A stretch of DNA of 64,000 bases from Chiloscyllium plagiosum (GCF_004010195.1 NC_057754.1:1818306-1882305); one strand, 5' to 3'; shown: positions 13,008 to 27,401, numbered from the stretch's first letter. The notes: a model not told the origin generated them from the sequence alone. Translations and numbers: made by a program.

Positions 13008-15562
13008 ATGTGTTTTCACCCCACTTTCATGAGCTTTGAAAATCAATGATACTTGGAAGAAGGTCATTTTCTTTACAAAATCTAAATTTAATAATATCTT
13101 TTAATATGTCTGTATTGCACATGAAAAGACCACACCTTATTTATAATGTTTGATTTTTTTAAACTCACTTTCTTACTCAAAAAAAGGAAATTCATTCTGT
13201 TCATTTTCACTTTTCGACTTATAAGATATTCATGGGAGGTGATGGGTCAAGAAGATGAACACAAGTATGCGCTGCTATTCCTTTGAGATATGCAGCACCA
13301 ATATATCGTTTTTGTGACTGCATACAAGGGGAATTCAACTGGAAATTTAACAGTAAAGAGAAAGTAAATACTGTGTCGATGCATTCACTCAAGATGCAGG
13401 TTGTTGAAACTGTGACTGAAGTGGGGAGAGATATCATTTCAGATTATCCTGAAGATCTTGTAGTGGTTGGCACTTGTTACAGTAAAGGTAACACCATACT
13501 GCATTTAAGCATTATAAGATGTGTTTAGGAATAGCTAATTTATGACTGTGGAGCCAGTCTCTAGATTCAGTCACTAATGTGCTTTACTTTTCTGTGATTA
13601 TGGGAGGCTGACATTTGTGCATTAATGATAATAAAGCTGGGGTGTGCAGCTATTGACTTTGGGCCAAATGCATCCAATGATACTTGGCCTCCTTCACTGA
13701 TGTTGCTCAAACAATTCTGTCCTGGGAGAGGACTTTAACATCATGGCAGGTTACTTGCAGAGAAAATGTTTCCACTTGTGTGGTGATCCAAAATTAGGGA
13801 CTAAACAAAAGGTCAGAGAGAGATGTTAAACTCAGTACTACAGGGAGTGGTTGAAGGGAACATTATCCATATACTTAAAGGGATAGTAGATAAAGACATG
13901 AGGGAGAATGGAATGGAAGGATACGCTGAGATGAGCTTACTTAGAGAAGGCTTGTGAGAAGTTTAATAATTGACATTGACCACTTTCTGAGCAGTATAGA
14001 TCCATGTAGTTCCGTTTGAATTTCAGATGAGAAAAGGCATGTATAAAAAGAAGGTAAGTGACCGAAGAACTACCGATGGTTCTGGTGATGGGGCAAAAGA
14101 AAAGGCATGTGTAGAGGAGGTAGGATTGGCAAAACACAAGAAAAATCAACATCTTTCCTTTGTTTATTCTCTATCCTTTCACCTTTCACTTGCTGAAAAC
14201 CTACCATATATACCAGTTCCTATGAAATGTCATTGACCTAAAATCTTAATTCCTCAGAGATGGTGCCTGACCTGTTGAGTCCTTAGCAGCATTTTCTGTT
14301 GTTATTTCAGATTTGTATTATTTATTTCCCTCTCAGTTTAGTTTGCACCTTTCCTGAAGATGTTAACATTTGCCACGGTGCATTTCCAAGGACACAGGCA
14401 GCTTTTTGAAGTCTTAATGCGTTCCTTGTTGGTCAGTGAGTTTTAACAGGATATTCAGCTGTCAGCGGCATTGCAACCCTGTCCTATCTCAATATCCACA
14501 CAAAACACTTTCCATAATCGGGCTTATTGGGTAGTAATTTGGAACTGAAACCCGGACTGATTGTTTTGTTATCCCTTTCCTGACAGACTGATACTAAATG
14601 CCATTGTAACACTCAAGTACTTCCTTGGTGGACATTAGTTAAAAGTGGACAGACTGAAGATTGCACAAAATTCCTTTTGCAATTCTTGAGCTCTGTTTTT
14701 AGATTCCGCACTGATCATTTATATCTGCATTTTGCCTTGACATTAAGCCTTTTAACCTCTGTTCCCTGCTAATTTAGGCTTCCACTTATGTCTTTTAATA
14801 AAGGCTTTCCCTTCAGCTTGTTCCATTGCAATTACCATATTCAAACCTGATCATACACTCTTTTGTCCTCCCTATGCCATCAACTTAAAATACAGCAATA
14901 AATGATGGAAAAAAAACATGGAAACTCTGCTGACCCACGGGATCTTCTCAGTACAGGAATAGAGTATTCCCAAACAGCAAATGATTATTTTTCAACAAAG
15001 AACTCGCTGAGTATCTTATTAATGGCCTGTCCCCTGTTTGTGTTGTGAGAGGCATTTTGAGAAATTGGTTAGGGATTGCTGGCTTGAAGCTCGGCCCTTG
15101 CATTGAACTCCTTTGTGTAAACATTGATTGTATCAGCGGGGGGAGAGAATTACTACCAGGTGCATATTGGAGGAGATAATGATTTCAGGTGAAGAGAAAA
15201 GCCTTTATTCCCAGGTGGCAGAGACTTCTGGCTGAAAGGAGCTTTAATTGTCAAGATGCTGTTTTTTGTCATCAAAAGTTGACTGGTGTCCCACAACCCC
15301 TAGGAGGATTGAGATTCTCTCCCCTTTCATCCTGCCTAATAACCGTTCACAGAAGCAAACAAAATAAGAGTATTTAAGCTGCCTAATGATATTCAAATCC
15401 AAAAACGGTGCTCCTGCTCATCTTACCCTTAACTGATAATGGTGGGAAGAGGGTGTCAACAGTTGGGGAGCATCGCCTTCATAGCTGTAGCTGTGGTTTG
15501 TATTCAAGAGAAATCGGGTGGGAATGGAAAGAGGTCTAATTTACAAATAACACTCAGTGACT

Positions 15563-15667
15563 CAGAGAAAGTGAGAACTGCAGAAGGGCTTATGCCCAAA
15601 ACGTCAACTCTTCTGCTCCTTGGATGCTACCGAGCTTCTGTGTTTTTCCAGCACCACACGTTTTGAC
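15563..15667. mobile_element. Short rearranged PLE pLTR insertion, family A, with decayed TSD
   Basis: GAAGGGCTTATGCCCAAAACGTC hammerhead remnant; ACAAATAACACTCAGTG (15543-15559) vs ACAAATAACATTCAATG (15666-15682). Confidence 0.7.
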
Positions 15668-16132
15668 AAATAACATTCAATGTCAATCTGAAACAGAGTC
15701 CTGTTTGCATTTTCATCAAACTATAACAGTATCAATGTGCATTTGTCTGATGCCTGCTGGGATTCTGCTCATTGTCATTTATATAGAGTCACTATTTAAG
15801 TCCTTCCACTTCTACAGAGGGCAAACATCTCATGGCTCAAAATTAAAGGAAATACAATTTGGAAATTTAGTTTCAGAGAGTCTTCTGTGGTGTTAAAGTC
15901 ATGTTAGGATCAGGTAGAATGTTAGTCCAATTTGGCATTGTCCTTTATTCAGTTTGGAAGGCTTTTTGAGAACTTGGTGAGAGCCTTTGCTTCAGAGTGG
16001 GAGGTTTAGATATTCACAAGTTGACCTGCCTTGGCAATTTTGTCAAGGTTTGAGTCCCTTACTTAGGTTAAGAAAGGATGGAGGCACATGGGGTGATGGA
16101 GTTAACCATGGAGGTAGGGAAAAGGAAAGCAT

Positions 16133-16695
16133 AGGAAACATAGAATCTAGGAGCAGGAGTAGGCTATTCAGTCCTTCAATCTGCTGCTCCATTCAGTATG
16201 ATCATGGCTGATTCTCTATTTCAATGTCATATACTTTCCCTCCGTACCTCCTGATGCATTTAATATCTAAAAATTTGTATCTCTTCTTTGAAAATATTCA
16301 GTGACCCAGCCTCTGCACTCTTCTGTGGTTGTGAATGTCACAGATTCACCACCCTCTGAGTGAAGAAATATTTCCTCATCTCAGTCCTAACTAGCCTACC
16401 CCATATCTGGAGACTGATCCCCCCAGTTCCACACTTTCAAACGGGGGAAACATTATCCCTGCATCTAGTCTGTTTAGCCCTGCTGGAATTTTACATTTCT
16501 ATTAGATTCCCTCTTGTTCTCCAGTAGGTGTGGCTCCAATTTAACCAATCTCTCCTCATTCTACAGTCCTGCCATCCCTGGTATCAGCATACTGAACCTT
16601 CACTGCATTCTCTCTGTGACACTTACATGTTTTCTTAGGTAGGGAAACCAAAACTACACGCACTCCTCCAGGTGTGTCTCACCAAGGCCCTGTAG
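16133..16695 (-). mobile_element. CR1-type LINE 3' fragment
   Basis: Tail TAGGAGCAGGAGTAGGCTATTCAG; minus-strand ALVRHTWRSACSFG and RKYFFTQRVVNL motifs. Confidence 0.8.
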
Positions 16696-16994
16696 TAACA
16701 GAAGAGAGAGGGTGGGAAAAGAGAAAAAGAAAACATTGGTTTGGAATAGATGGAGAGTGAGAAAAGGCTGCAAGGAGGAGGGGAAAAGGTGGACAAAAAG
16801 GTTGGCCATTCAGCCAGTTTATGATCAGTGGGTGTGTGTGATTAAGTGTTGTTCAGAGGAGAGGGTTCAGGATTTCCATTCCACTGGGGTATAAGCTGCA
16901 AGTCTCATCTCATGATTCCTAATTCTTATTTATTGACTAAGATTTAGGGGAAGGCTTAGTTTTCAGCTAGTGGAGGGAGGGATGGAGTGAATAC

Positions 16995-18290
16995 AGTGCA
17001 GTACAATCCAGCACAGGAACATGCCCTTCGATCCACCAAGCCTGTACCGATTCCTAATCCTTACTTAGACCTGCTTCTTATTGCCCAAAAGCTGTTTCTA
17101 ACCCTCTGTTCGCCTCCCATTCATGTGTCCACAAGATACACCTTAAACGTCGCTAACATGCCTGTTTCTACCACCTCCTCCTGGCAGTATGTTTCAAGCA
17201 CCCTCTGTGTGAAACATTTTCTCTGCACTTTTCCCCTAAACTTTCCCCTTCTCATCCTGAACCTCTTGTGCCCCTCATAACTTTGTAGACTGTGTCAGAT
17301 CGTCCCCTCAGCCTCCGTCTTTCCAGTGAAAACAATCTGAATTTATCCAACCTCTCTCCATAACTAAAACCTATATCCCACTGTATCCTATTACAATCCT
17401 CCTCATTATCTGCAACTCTGCCAATTTTGATGTCGTCTGCAAACTTACTAATTAGACCTCATTTATATGTATATTAAAAAGAAGAAATGTCCCAGCACTG
17501 ATCCCTGCATAACACTGCTAGTTATTGTTCTCTGTTCTGAAAAGCACCCTTCCACCGCTACTCTCTGTCTGTGTGACTAAGCCAATTTTGTATCCATCGT
17601 GCCAGCTCACCCCAGATCCCACGAATCTCTACCTTTTATACCAATTTGCCACGAGGTACCTTATCGAATGCCTTACTAAAGTACATGTAGACAACATCTA
17701 ATGGCATTTCCTCATCAATCATTCTTGTCACCTCCTCAAAAATCTCAATCAAGTTGGTGAGGCATGACCTTCCCAGCACAAACCCATACTTCCTATCACT
17801 AACAAGTCTATTCACTTCCAAATGTGAATAAATCCTGTCTCTCAGTATTTTCTCCAAGAGCTTCCCCAACACTGACTCTAGGCTCACTGGCCTGTGATTA
17901 CCTTGATTAGCTGTTTCACTTCTAACAAAGGAACAACATTGGCCATTCTCTGGTCCTCTGGAATTTCCCCTGAGGCCAAAGAAGATGCAAAGATATCTGT
18001 TAAGGCTCCAGCTGTTTCCTCCCTTGCCTCCCACAGTATCTTCCTTAATATATTTCAAGACACCCAACACTTCCTCCTTCATTATGTTGATATACCTGAA
18101 AATATTGACACATCTTTCCCTAACCTCAACATCCTTTACAGCCCTTCTTTGGTGAATACCAAAGTACATTACTCATTAAGGATTTCACCCATTTCCTTTG
18201 GCTCCACACGTAGCCTCCCTCCTTTATCCTTGAGTGGGCCTAGTTTCCCTAGCTCCCCTCTTGCTCCCAATATATGTATAAAATGCCTTG
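16995..18290 (-). mobile_element. CR1-type LINE RT remnant (internally deleted)
   Basis: ORF 17636-18169: GNHRPVSLESVLGKLLEKILRDRIYSHL...GRSCLTNLIE...DVVYMYFSKAFDKVP; SKFADDIKI near 17425-17450. Confidence 0.9.
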
Positions 18291-19943
18291 AAAGGCAGAA
18301 AGGATTTAAACATTTATGTTGCTATCTGGTGATGTTCTTTACAACTTGCACAACTATTGGACTACAAGGTAATTATTTTTGCAATTGATGAAAAGCTTAC
18401 AAGGCCAAGATCCTTGTTTGATGTTTTATTGGCCTCTTCAAGATCACTAGGAAATGGGGTGGGGATTGTTATTCTGTGAACTCAATTGTGAGGGTTTTGT
18501 AGATGATTAATCATCTGGTAGAGAAGAGATTTTAAGCTATAGGCATCTGGTATCTTGTTATAACAATGCTGGGTCTTTGCTGAGATTGCCATCTACAATG
18601 ATATCCGCTTCGTTGTCTCACTGCTTCCAAGCAAGAGATTTATGTCAATTCTTTTCTTGATGGAAAATGAAGAATTGTTGCAAAGAAATCTTCCAAAGCT
18701 GGGACATCTACTCAAATTATTTAGCAGTGTCCCAGTTGCTCTGTTGCGATCCCTTGTCTACTTTGAATTGGCATTCTGGCAGGAGCAACAGTCGGGTACC
18801 AATGTGCGGACAGATGCTAGGCAAAGGCACATCTGTTTCTGAGTCCTAATTCTGCTTACTGTATGAAGGTGCCAGCTAGAAAAGCACACTATTGAGGCCA
18901 TTGATGACAATATAAATGACCTCACCTATTCCTCTTCCCCTTCCCCATTTCTATTCTTCATTTTTAAAGCCTATTGACATTCACAACTGAAAACTAGGCA
19001 AGAATGCAGAAGTCTACCTGAGCAACACATTGCAACATTGGATAGCATCCTTTTCACACAAGCCAGCAAAGTGTGCTCCCTCATTGTGGGTAGCTAGATT
19101 GTCCGAAAAAGAAAATTAGAAACTTAAACCAATTGTTCCCTCTTGTTCCGGCACTGTATGGAATCAAGACTGTAATATGATGGGATTGATAGATATGAGA
19201 ACAACTGCAGCTTCATACAAAGTACAGAACAGACCATTAATTGAAAATCAAATTAATTTTGTAAGTACAGGACATCTTCACTTGACTGCGTGAGAGGCGT
19301 TTAATTAGACACAGGCTATTGGTGCAAGGAAAAGATGTGATCAATTACCTTTATTTTATAATCTTGGTGAGGTGTAGCATGTTGTCTCAAATTTACAGTA
19401 AGATTGTTTTAATACCCTTATCAGAGGTTTTGAAGGCTGCTGCTTCTGCTGAAAATGGCTTCATTGATTTGTTCCTGATTGAGTGAACACAATGCACTAA
19501 ATACAGTTTTCAGCAAAGAGAGAACTGCTGGAGAACCTGCCAATTGCATTCATTACTACTATGTAAACTCTGTAACTGTACTTAGACGCTAATGCTGGGC
19601 TTGTGGAAGTGCTGAACTGGAAGAAGATAAATCTTCTCATTTTTGTGGCTTTTAGTCCTTGTGAATACAATGCCCTCCTCCCTCCTATAGCAGTATAGCT
19701 ATTTTATACATTGCCTCATTGTAGCCTCATTTGAGCTGCCACAATGCCTCGTTTGCTTTAATACAGTACCTTGTGTGAAACAGATTCATACGCATTAGGT
19801 TTGATGACAGTTCTGCACAAAGTTAAGTTGCATTGGCAATTCAGGCAACAGAGAGAATACAACTGACCTGGACTAGGTGTTTCCTGGTGAGGTAAGTGTG
19901 TAGTGGCAGAATGAGAGTAAGTGGTAGCCTTGTGAGCGTGAGT

Positions 19944-20705
19944 AGAATCACTGAGTCATGCAGCATGGAAACAGTTGCTTTGGCCCAACTCGTTGATGCT
20001 GATCAAATTTCCCAAACTCAACTAGTTTCCACTTGTCTGCGTTTGAACCATATCCCTCTAAATCCTTCCTATTCATCTACCTATCCAAGTGTCTTTTAAT
20101 TGTTTTAACTTTACCAACAACTACCACTCCCTCTGGCAGTTCATTCCACATATGAACCACCCTCTGTGTAAAGGAAGTTGCCCCTTGGATCCCTTTTAAC
20201 TCTTTCTCCTCTTATTTTAAAAATATGCTCCCTAGTTTTGAACTGACCCACCCTAGGTGAGGTGCTATTCACCCCACCTATGCTCCTCATGATTTTATAA
20301 ATCTCTACAAGGTCACCCCTCAACCTCCTATGCTTCAGTGGCAAACATCCCACTTTTTCTAGCCTATCCTTGTAATTCAAAACCTCCAGTCCTGACAACA
20401 TCCTGGTAAATCTTTTTTGAACTCTCTCCAATTTAATAATATCCTCCTCTAGTAGAGTGACCGGAACTGTGCTTAGTACTCCAAAAGTGGCCTCGCCAAT
20501 GCCATATAAAACTTCAAGGTGACGTCCCAACTCCTATATTCAATGGTCTGTGCAATGTAGGCAAGCGTGCAAAATGCCTTCTTAACCACCCTGTCTACCT
20601 GTGATGTATGTACCTGAAGCCTAAGGTCTCTCTGTTCAACAACAGTCCCCAGGGCCCTAACATTGACTGCATAAGTCCTACCCTTATTTATTTTACCAAA
20701 ATGTG
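19944..20705 (-). mobile_element. CR1/HER1-type LINE 3' fragment
   Basis: ORFs with LERVQKRFTRML, RRLRGDLVEIYKIM, ALARPLLEY. Confidence 0.9.
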
Positions 20706-21505
20706 AGTAGCAGAGAGAAAATGGTGATACTGACTCTTGTAGGTGCAGAAGATCATTAACTTTCTTCCTGCACTGATATATGTTGCATTTCACGTAGGAT
20801 ATTGCATTGATTTGATCTGCTATCTTGATTAAGGCCAGTTGAGTTTGGTAACATGGCCTCCTTTGTCAGTCAGCAGGATATGGCATTGACCTCCTTTCCA
20901 CTACCTGCCCCCCCCCAACACTCCAGGTCTTATGTTAGTGAACTAAGGAGCTAGCTTGTCTTTCTAGACCATTTAGGATAACAGTGAAGGACCACAGTAT
21001 GAAAGGCAGTTTCTGGCTTTCAGTGACTGAAATAGTATGCAGCTGGAGTTTAAATATAGTGCCAGTAGTATATAAATTACAAATGCTTTGGTACCTGTAT
21101 CTGGAATCCTGCAAAGAGGCCAAAATCAGTGAGCTGACAGGTGGAAGATTGCATGAAAAATGTTGAGTAGATCATTATGAATCTCATTTGAGAAAACAAA
21201 ATGGAAAAATTCAACCTGTAGAATAGTCACAGCAAGGAAGGAGCCAATTCAGCTCTCTGTAACCTTACTGGTCTCTGAAATAGTCCTTTCCCTGCAGTCT
21301 TGCAAATTTTTATCTGCAGATAATTATTCAGTTTCCTTTTGAAAGCCACATTGAAACTCCCTCCATCAGGCTCATACAGTGTATTCCAGTTCCTAACCAC
21401 ATGCCGCACTAAAAACATTTTCCTCAAGTTGTCATTGATTCTTTTCATAATGATACTCACTGTTTAGATACAAGACACAGCAACATCTTGGATGAGAGAA
21501 CAGAT

Positions 21506-21683
21506 GAGAGTGTGGTGTTGGAAAATCGACATTTCAGGCATAAGCCCTTTATCAGCCCTGATGAAGGGTTTATGTCCGAAATGCCAATTCTCCTGCTCCT
21601 TGGATGCTGCCTGACCTGCTGTGATTTTCTAGCACCACACTCTCTACTCTCATCTCCAGCATCTGCAGTCCTCACTTTCTCCC
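21506..21683. mobile_element. Fold-back PLE pLTR insertion, family A, with two back-to-back decayed hammerhead cores
   Basis: AGGCATAAGCCCTTTATCAG-CC-CTGATGAAGGGTTTATGTCCGAAA; TSD GAGAGAACAGAT (21494-21505) / GAGAGAACAAAT (21684-21695). Confidence 0.85.
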
Positions 21684-22027
21684 GAGAGAACAAATTGCAT
21701 CTTCTGCTCATGGAACCTACTCGGACATATTTTGTCATGTGGGGGTCAGGTACTTCTGATAACCTGGGCATATCTGTCACCTTAGCTTTCAAGGGCAGCC
21801 TGTGTTATATGGGAAAGGAAGATACAGACAAAATGGTTGTAAAATTGCAAGTAAACTAAAAGGAATTAAAGAACCCTCTTGGTCCTGTCCTGACTCTAAC
21901 AAAATGCATCTTGAAGAAGCCAGAAAATGAGCAAAATAAAAATTTTCAGCATTCTCAGCCCCCATTAACTCCATTCTACTCAAAATAAAATCATTGTATG
22001 AGTTGAAACTATGCCTATGTTACTTTT

Positions 22028-22124
22028 GATGTGGAGGTGCCGGTGTTGGACTGGGGTGAACAAGGTTAAAAATCACACAACACCAGGTTATAGTCCAATG
22101 ACCTGGTGTTGTGTGATTTTTAAC
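22028..22124. mobile_element. Short fold-back PLE terminus, family B, without hammerhead
   Basis: GTTAAAAATCACACAACACCAGGT ... ACCTGGTGTTGTGTGATTTTTAAC perfect inverted arms. Confidence 0.8.
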
Positions 22125-25100
22125 TGTTACGTATATACACTCAGCATTTGTGTTGTGCCTTTTGAAAACTTAAAAGCTAATGGCAATTCACAGCAGTTCT
22201 GCATGAGGTAGTGAAAGGGGGAAGCTCCCAAAACTTGTGCTGACAAATTTTCTATCCATGAAGCTTATCAGGATTAAGTTGTTGGTAGTGGATAAATTGT
22301 GTTTTTTGCTTTCTATGTGTTCAAAAGTAATATTATTCCCTGAAGTAATTTCCTGTGTCTGTGCAAATTGGAAAATTGGCCTTTTGAAGACTTGGCATTT
22401 AACAGAATTACAAGAAAGCTGGCATTATTGGAAGGACTGATGTCCTGCCTTATTGGTAACAGTTGGTTCTGAAGTCACATCATCAGTTCTGTATTTAGAT
22501 CCAAAGTATAAATGAAGGATTTTGTCAATGTGTTTTCTTATTGTTTTGTTTCTTGCAAGAATAAGAGAGAAAATCTAATTGTAACTGTGATATTGAAAAC
22601 ATTACTAACCCTGACCCAAAGTCGTTTCATCAGGATTTACCTTCAAACTGGTCCGTGGTCCAAATTCTAACAAGCTGACATTATAGTTTTCTCTGTTGCA
22701 GTATTCTGTCCATTTTATTCTGTCTCAGGTAGGTCTGAACACAAGTCTCACACCTTTATATTCCTGAGACTTTCTAACGGAGAGTAGGTGAGGTGGTTTC
22801 CTTTGTCATTCCGTGTACTTTCTCTTGAATGGGCTATGATCGAGGCTTTGAGGAGGTCAATATCTCATTTATAGTAGGGAGGGAAGCCAATGGTTCCATT
22901 ATACGTAAGTACGTTAATGCTTGTAAGCTGTCTAGCACATATGCGTACTTCAGCCCACTGGCACATACAAGCACCTCAATTCAATTTGTTGCACTAGTAC
23001 CCACAGGCTAGAGTAGAATTGGTTTTTAACTCCCATTCTTGTTCATTCTTTGTAGACACAAAGCATGTTTCTCATCAGACTGCTGCCCCAGCATGTTCAC
23101 AGTTTGAGACAACTCCTGGTTGATTACAATTCAATTTGCAGTGCATTTCTGTCCATTAAGTCCATGCCTTTGACACCTTGTCAGATGTGACATTCCAGGG
23201 TCTCTGTCTCTCCTGACAGTCACTGAATTTACAACTGCAAACCTTTTGGCCTCATTAGTACTCGTTTAAAAACACATCTTGGAATTAAAGCTTGATATGT
23301 CCGTAGATAATCTGGCTTGTGATCTGCGATCATCTTACAGGTGGGTATAGAGAGGATTTCTCTCCTTCTGGGAGGATCTAGAACTAGGGATCACTATTTA
23401 AAAATAAGGTGTCACCTATTTACAGCAGGAGAGATTTTAAAAACTTTTAAGGCAGAAGTAGATAGGTCAGCAGTAGGTGAGAATGCGGATTTGAAGGTAA
23501 AATCAGAACAACCATGATCTTTTGAAATGATGGACAAGCTTGAAGCACTAAATGGCCAACTCCTCAACTTGTTCATTTGTTTTTATGAGCCAATAATGAG
23601 AGCTGGCTCTCAGCTCACTGGGGCTCTGTGTCTGAGGTTACCTTGACCTCGCGGATAAGCCATTATTCTCAGATCTGTCATAAGTCTCACTCTCTACTGA
23701 TTCCATCCCCTGCCTGAGTCATTTAGATTGAACCAGGCAATGGGAAACATGGTTGAATTCAGCTGAGTTTAAAATCCCACATGCTATCGATCAATGTTTC
23801 CTCTGCTGGGGAATGAAATGTCTTCCTGACTACTATGAGATTTATACTTCTGATGACAGGCATTTTTGCATTAAACAGTTCAGCACTGAACCATACTTAC
23901 ACTCTGATTCCCCAATACCAATTTGTATAGGGTGGGGCTAATGTACCTAATGTATGTTCTTCTGCCTCAGCTGGAACGATAATTGAACAATGTGCTGTTG
24001 ATACTAATCTGGACCCAGGACCCTGGCAATTCATTTTTACAATGAGTTGACCAACCCAGAATTTAGATGTTATGTTTGTGTCTTTAACTCTACCGTGTTT
24101 TTCAGCGCATTTGCAATTGCAAGTAAAGCACCAAGGGATAAGATAATGAGTGACATGAACCATAAGAACAAAGTCTCCTCTGTGGCCTCCAGCACAGAGA
24201 AGGACAAGAGCAACAATTTCATGACAGCATCATACCTCTAGGTTCTTCTCCAAACCACACATCATTCTGACTTATTGCCGTTCCTTGATCATCACTAAGA
24301 ATTTCAGATGTAACAGCATTGTGGAAGCATCATCAGTATCAGGATTGTAACAGCTCAAGAAAATGGTTCAACACAACATCTCAGGGCAATGGATGCAGTG
24401 CTGCTACAGTTACTACATTTATAGAGAAAAAAATGAGAAGATGTCTGTTGTAGGTGTATGTAAATTTAAATTGAGTGAACCCAAATTTGGCCTTCGGTAA
24501 AGAGTGTGATGTTTCCATCATCTTGACTAACAGATGAAGAGTCGACATTTAATAGCACTGAGGTATGATATGGAAATGTAAGCTGACATAAAGGCGATGG
24601 CAGAAAATGATCAGAAGTAGGGAGATAGAGAGTCTGCTCCACCTTTGTGTGCACCTTCCTCTCATGCAGAAGATTCAATTAATCAACAAACTCCAGAATC
24701 GCCTTCATTCTGCAGCTGATTGCATTCAGGAAGCTGCAGAAGACAACAGTCACACATTACATACAAAAATTCATTTTGTCGACACAGCAAAGCTGTCCCT
24801 TCGTTATTTTGGTGGGGAACTAGGAAAATAAAACTTAATGCTTCTTAAAATTTAATAACCCATTCAATTAATACAAAATGCTGTTCAGAAACACTGAAGA
24901 AGCCAACAACATTTGTATACACATAATGAATTTGACACAGCTCTTATCGCTTCTGGTTTTGCCTTTGGTTGAATAAGATTAGTGACTGAATTGCTAAATA
25001 TACTGGATTGCAGGCTTTCACGTGCCTATCCACAATTTCTTGCTCGGCCACTTTGCAAAGATAACATGATATAGGTCGCATTTAGAACAAAAAGATCTCC

Positions 25101-25984
25101 TGACTCGTTACAAGCAATGCTTGAGAAGATGCAATCACATAACAGAGAAAGGAATCAACCTTTCAGAATTGTAATTTCATTTGAGATTTTTCCTGACTCC
25201 CTGTATTAGATTACTGCCTTGTTAACACCTCCTTATACTTGTTCTATACATGTAGAAGATATTGACTCTGTCTTTGCCATTCAGGAATATATATTACTTC
25301 ACTGTTAGTGATACTTCGTACCTCCTTTAATCTTTCCATCCTCCAACAGTTTGCAGATTTTGAAACCCTTGCTTGTTGCTAATTAATTGTTCCTGCACAA
25401 TTTACCTCTTCTTCCATTTTTAATGTTGATGGTGTATTTAACTCTGCATTGTGATTGCTCAGTTTAAATAAACCAAATATAGTGCGGTATACTTTCCTCT
25501 GAACTGCTAGACATCAAATGTTAGTCTTGCTGAAATACCAGTTACAAGATGTCATATGCTTCAACTCCTCTGTCACTGTTATCTTTCTTTTTTATGTATA
25601 TCATCCTGTCTCCATTGTGCATGCTGTCTACCATTACAGGACAGAGTATGTTTCTTCCTTCCTTGAAAGCTCCTAGAGATTAGTGACTAGGAACCGGAGC
25701 AACTCTGCACCTTGGATGGTTTTTAATAGAAAAATGCCAAGATGTTTCATGTAAATATTATTTATTCACTGCTTACGTTTTTGCTGCAGGCCCTGAGGTG
25801 ATTGACTGAGATGGTAGAAACTGAGTATAAATCCTGGAAGCTGAGCCCCAGGTGCAGTGCCATGCTATATTTACAGAGCTTGACAATGTGGTCTATAACT
25901 CCAGTCTCTGAAGAGTTCTCCATGGACATACCAACATTTTTTTTTCAATAATATTCCTCTGCTGAATTTGCAAAAAGGAGGAAG

Positions 25985-26385
25985 GTATTTATTTATATAT
26001 GCCTTCACAACATTGGAATATTTCAAAATGCTTCACAGCCACTAAAGTAAATGTAAGAAAAAGCCAATTTGTGTATAGCAAGCTCGAACAAAGTGATGTC
26101 ATAATGACCTGATTACCTGTTTGTTCAGTGACCTTGACTGGCTGATAATTATCAGCCCTCCACTGTGGACAACGTCTCCACAATTCTTCAAAATACTGGC
26201 TGACATCTTTTACATGCTCCTGCAAAGGAAGACATGACCTTGGTTAAACATATTCTCTGAAAAATGGCATCTTCAACAGTGCTGCATTCTCTCAGTATTG
26301 AATTGGAAGCTTAGATAGTTTTGTCAAATCTCTGCATTGGATCTTGAACCTACAGCCTTCTGCCACAGAAGACAAAGGGTAGACC
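25985..26385 (-). mobile_element. Deu-domain SINE (SacSINE1-like), near full length, old
   Basis: TATTTATATATGCCTTCAC tail, GGCATCTTCAACAGTGCTGCATTCTCTCAGTATTG Deu region, CTTGAACC B-box on the minus strand. Confidence 0.7.
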
Positions 26386-26511
26386 ATTTAGTATTGAGAT
26401 AAAGAGAAACTTCTTCATCCAGAGAGTGGTGAGCCTGTGCCATTCTCTGTCACAGAAAATGGTTGAGGCCAAACATTGCATTTTTTCAAGGTCGAATTAG
26501 ATATACCTTTG

Positions 26512-26737
26512 GGATGGTTGGTTAACTCAGTTTGCTGAACAACTGGCTTACAATGCAGAGTGATGCCAACAGCATGGATTCAATTCCTGCACAGGCTGAG
26601 ATTGTCATGAAGGACTCTCCTCCTTATCCTCTCCCTTGCCTGAGGCATGGTAACCTTCAGGTTAAACCACCACCAGTTGTCTCTCTCTAATGAGAGAGCA
26701 GCTTCATCGACTGGTAAGACTAGCAACTTTATTATTA
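26512..26737 (+). mobile_element. tRNA-headed SINE (family 3) inserted in a CR1 3' fragment (~26395-26880)
   Basis: GGTTAACTCAGTTTG A-box-like, GGATTCAATTCC B-box, TCTCTCTAATGAGAGAGCAGC body shared with 54277-54650. Confidence 0.7.
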
Positions 26738-26901
26738 TCTTTTCTAAATATAGTTCTGAGGGCTAAAGTGATCAAGCGCGAGCATGGTACTGAATTGGAT
26801 ATCAGACATGATCATATTGAATGGCAGAGCAGGATTAAGGGCTGATTGGCCTCCTACTCTTATTTTCAATGTTTTTATGTAAGTACTATCCAGTGATCAA
26901 T

Positions 26902-27401
26902 NNNNNNNNNNNNNNNNNNNNNNNNNNNNNNNNNNNNNNNNNNNNNNNNNNNNNNNNNNNNNNNNNNNNNNNNNNNNNNNNNNNNNNNNNNNNNNNNNNN
27001 NNNNNNNNNNNNNNNNNNNNNNNNNNNNNNNNNNNNNNNNNNNNNNNNNNNNNNNNNNNNNNNNNNNNNNNNNNNNNNNNNNNNNNNNNNNNNNNNNNNN
27101 NNNNNNNNNNNNNNNNNNNNNNNNNNNNNNNNNNNNNNNNNNNNNNNNNNNNNNNNNNNNNNNNNNNNNNNNNNNNNNNNNNNNNNNNNNNNNNNNNNNN
27201 NNNNNNNNNNNNNNNNNNNNNNNNNNNNNNNNNNNNNNNNNNNNNNNNNNNNNNNNNNNNNNNNNNNNNNNNNNNNNNNNNNNNNNNNNNNNNNNNNNNN
27301 NNNNNNNNNNNNNNNNNNNNNNNNNNNNNNNNNNNNNNNNNNNNNNNNNNNNNNNNNNNNNNNNNNNNNNNNNNNNNNNNNNNNNNNNNNNNNNNNNNNN
27401 N
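26902..27401. other. Assembly gap (500 N)
   Basis: Run of exactly 500 N. Confidence 1.

Noticed and set aside
13400..13492. Possible exon VVETVTEVGRDIISDYPEDLVVVGTCYSK ending AG/GTAAC
   Set aside because: Weak splice sites and no recognisable homology
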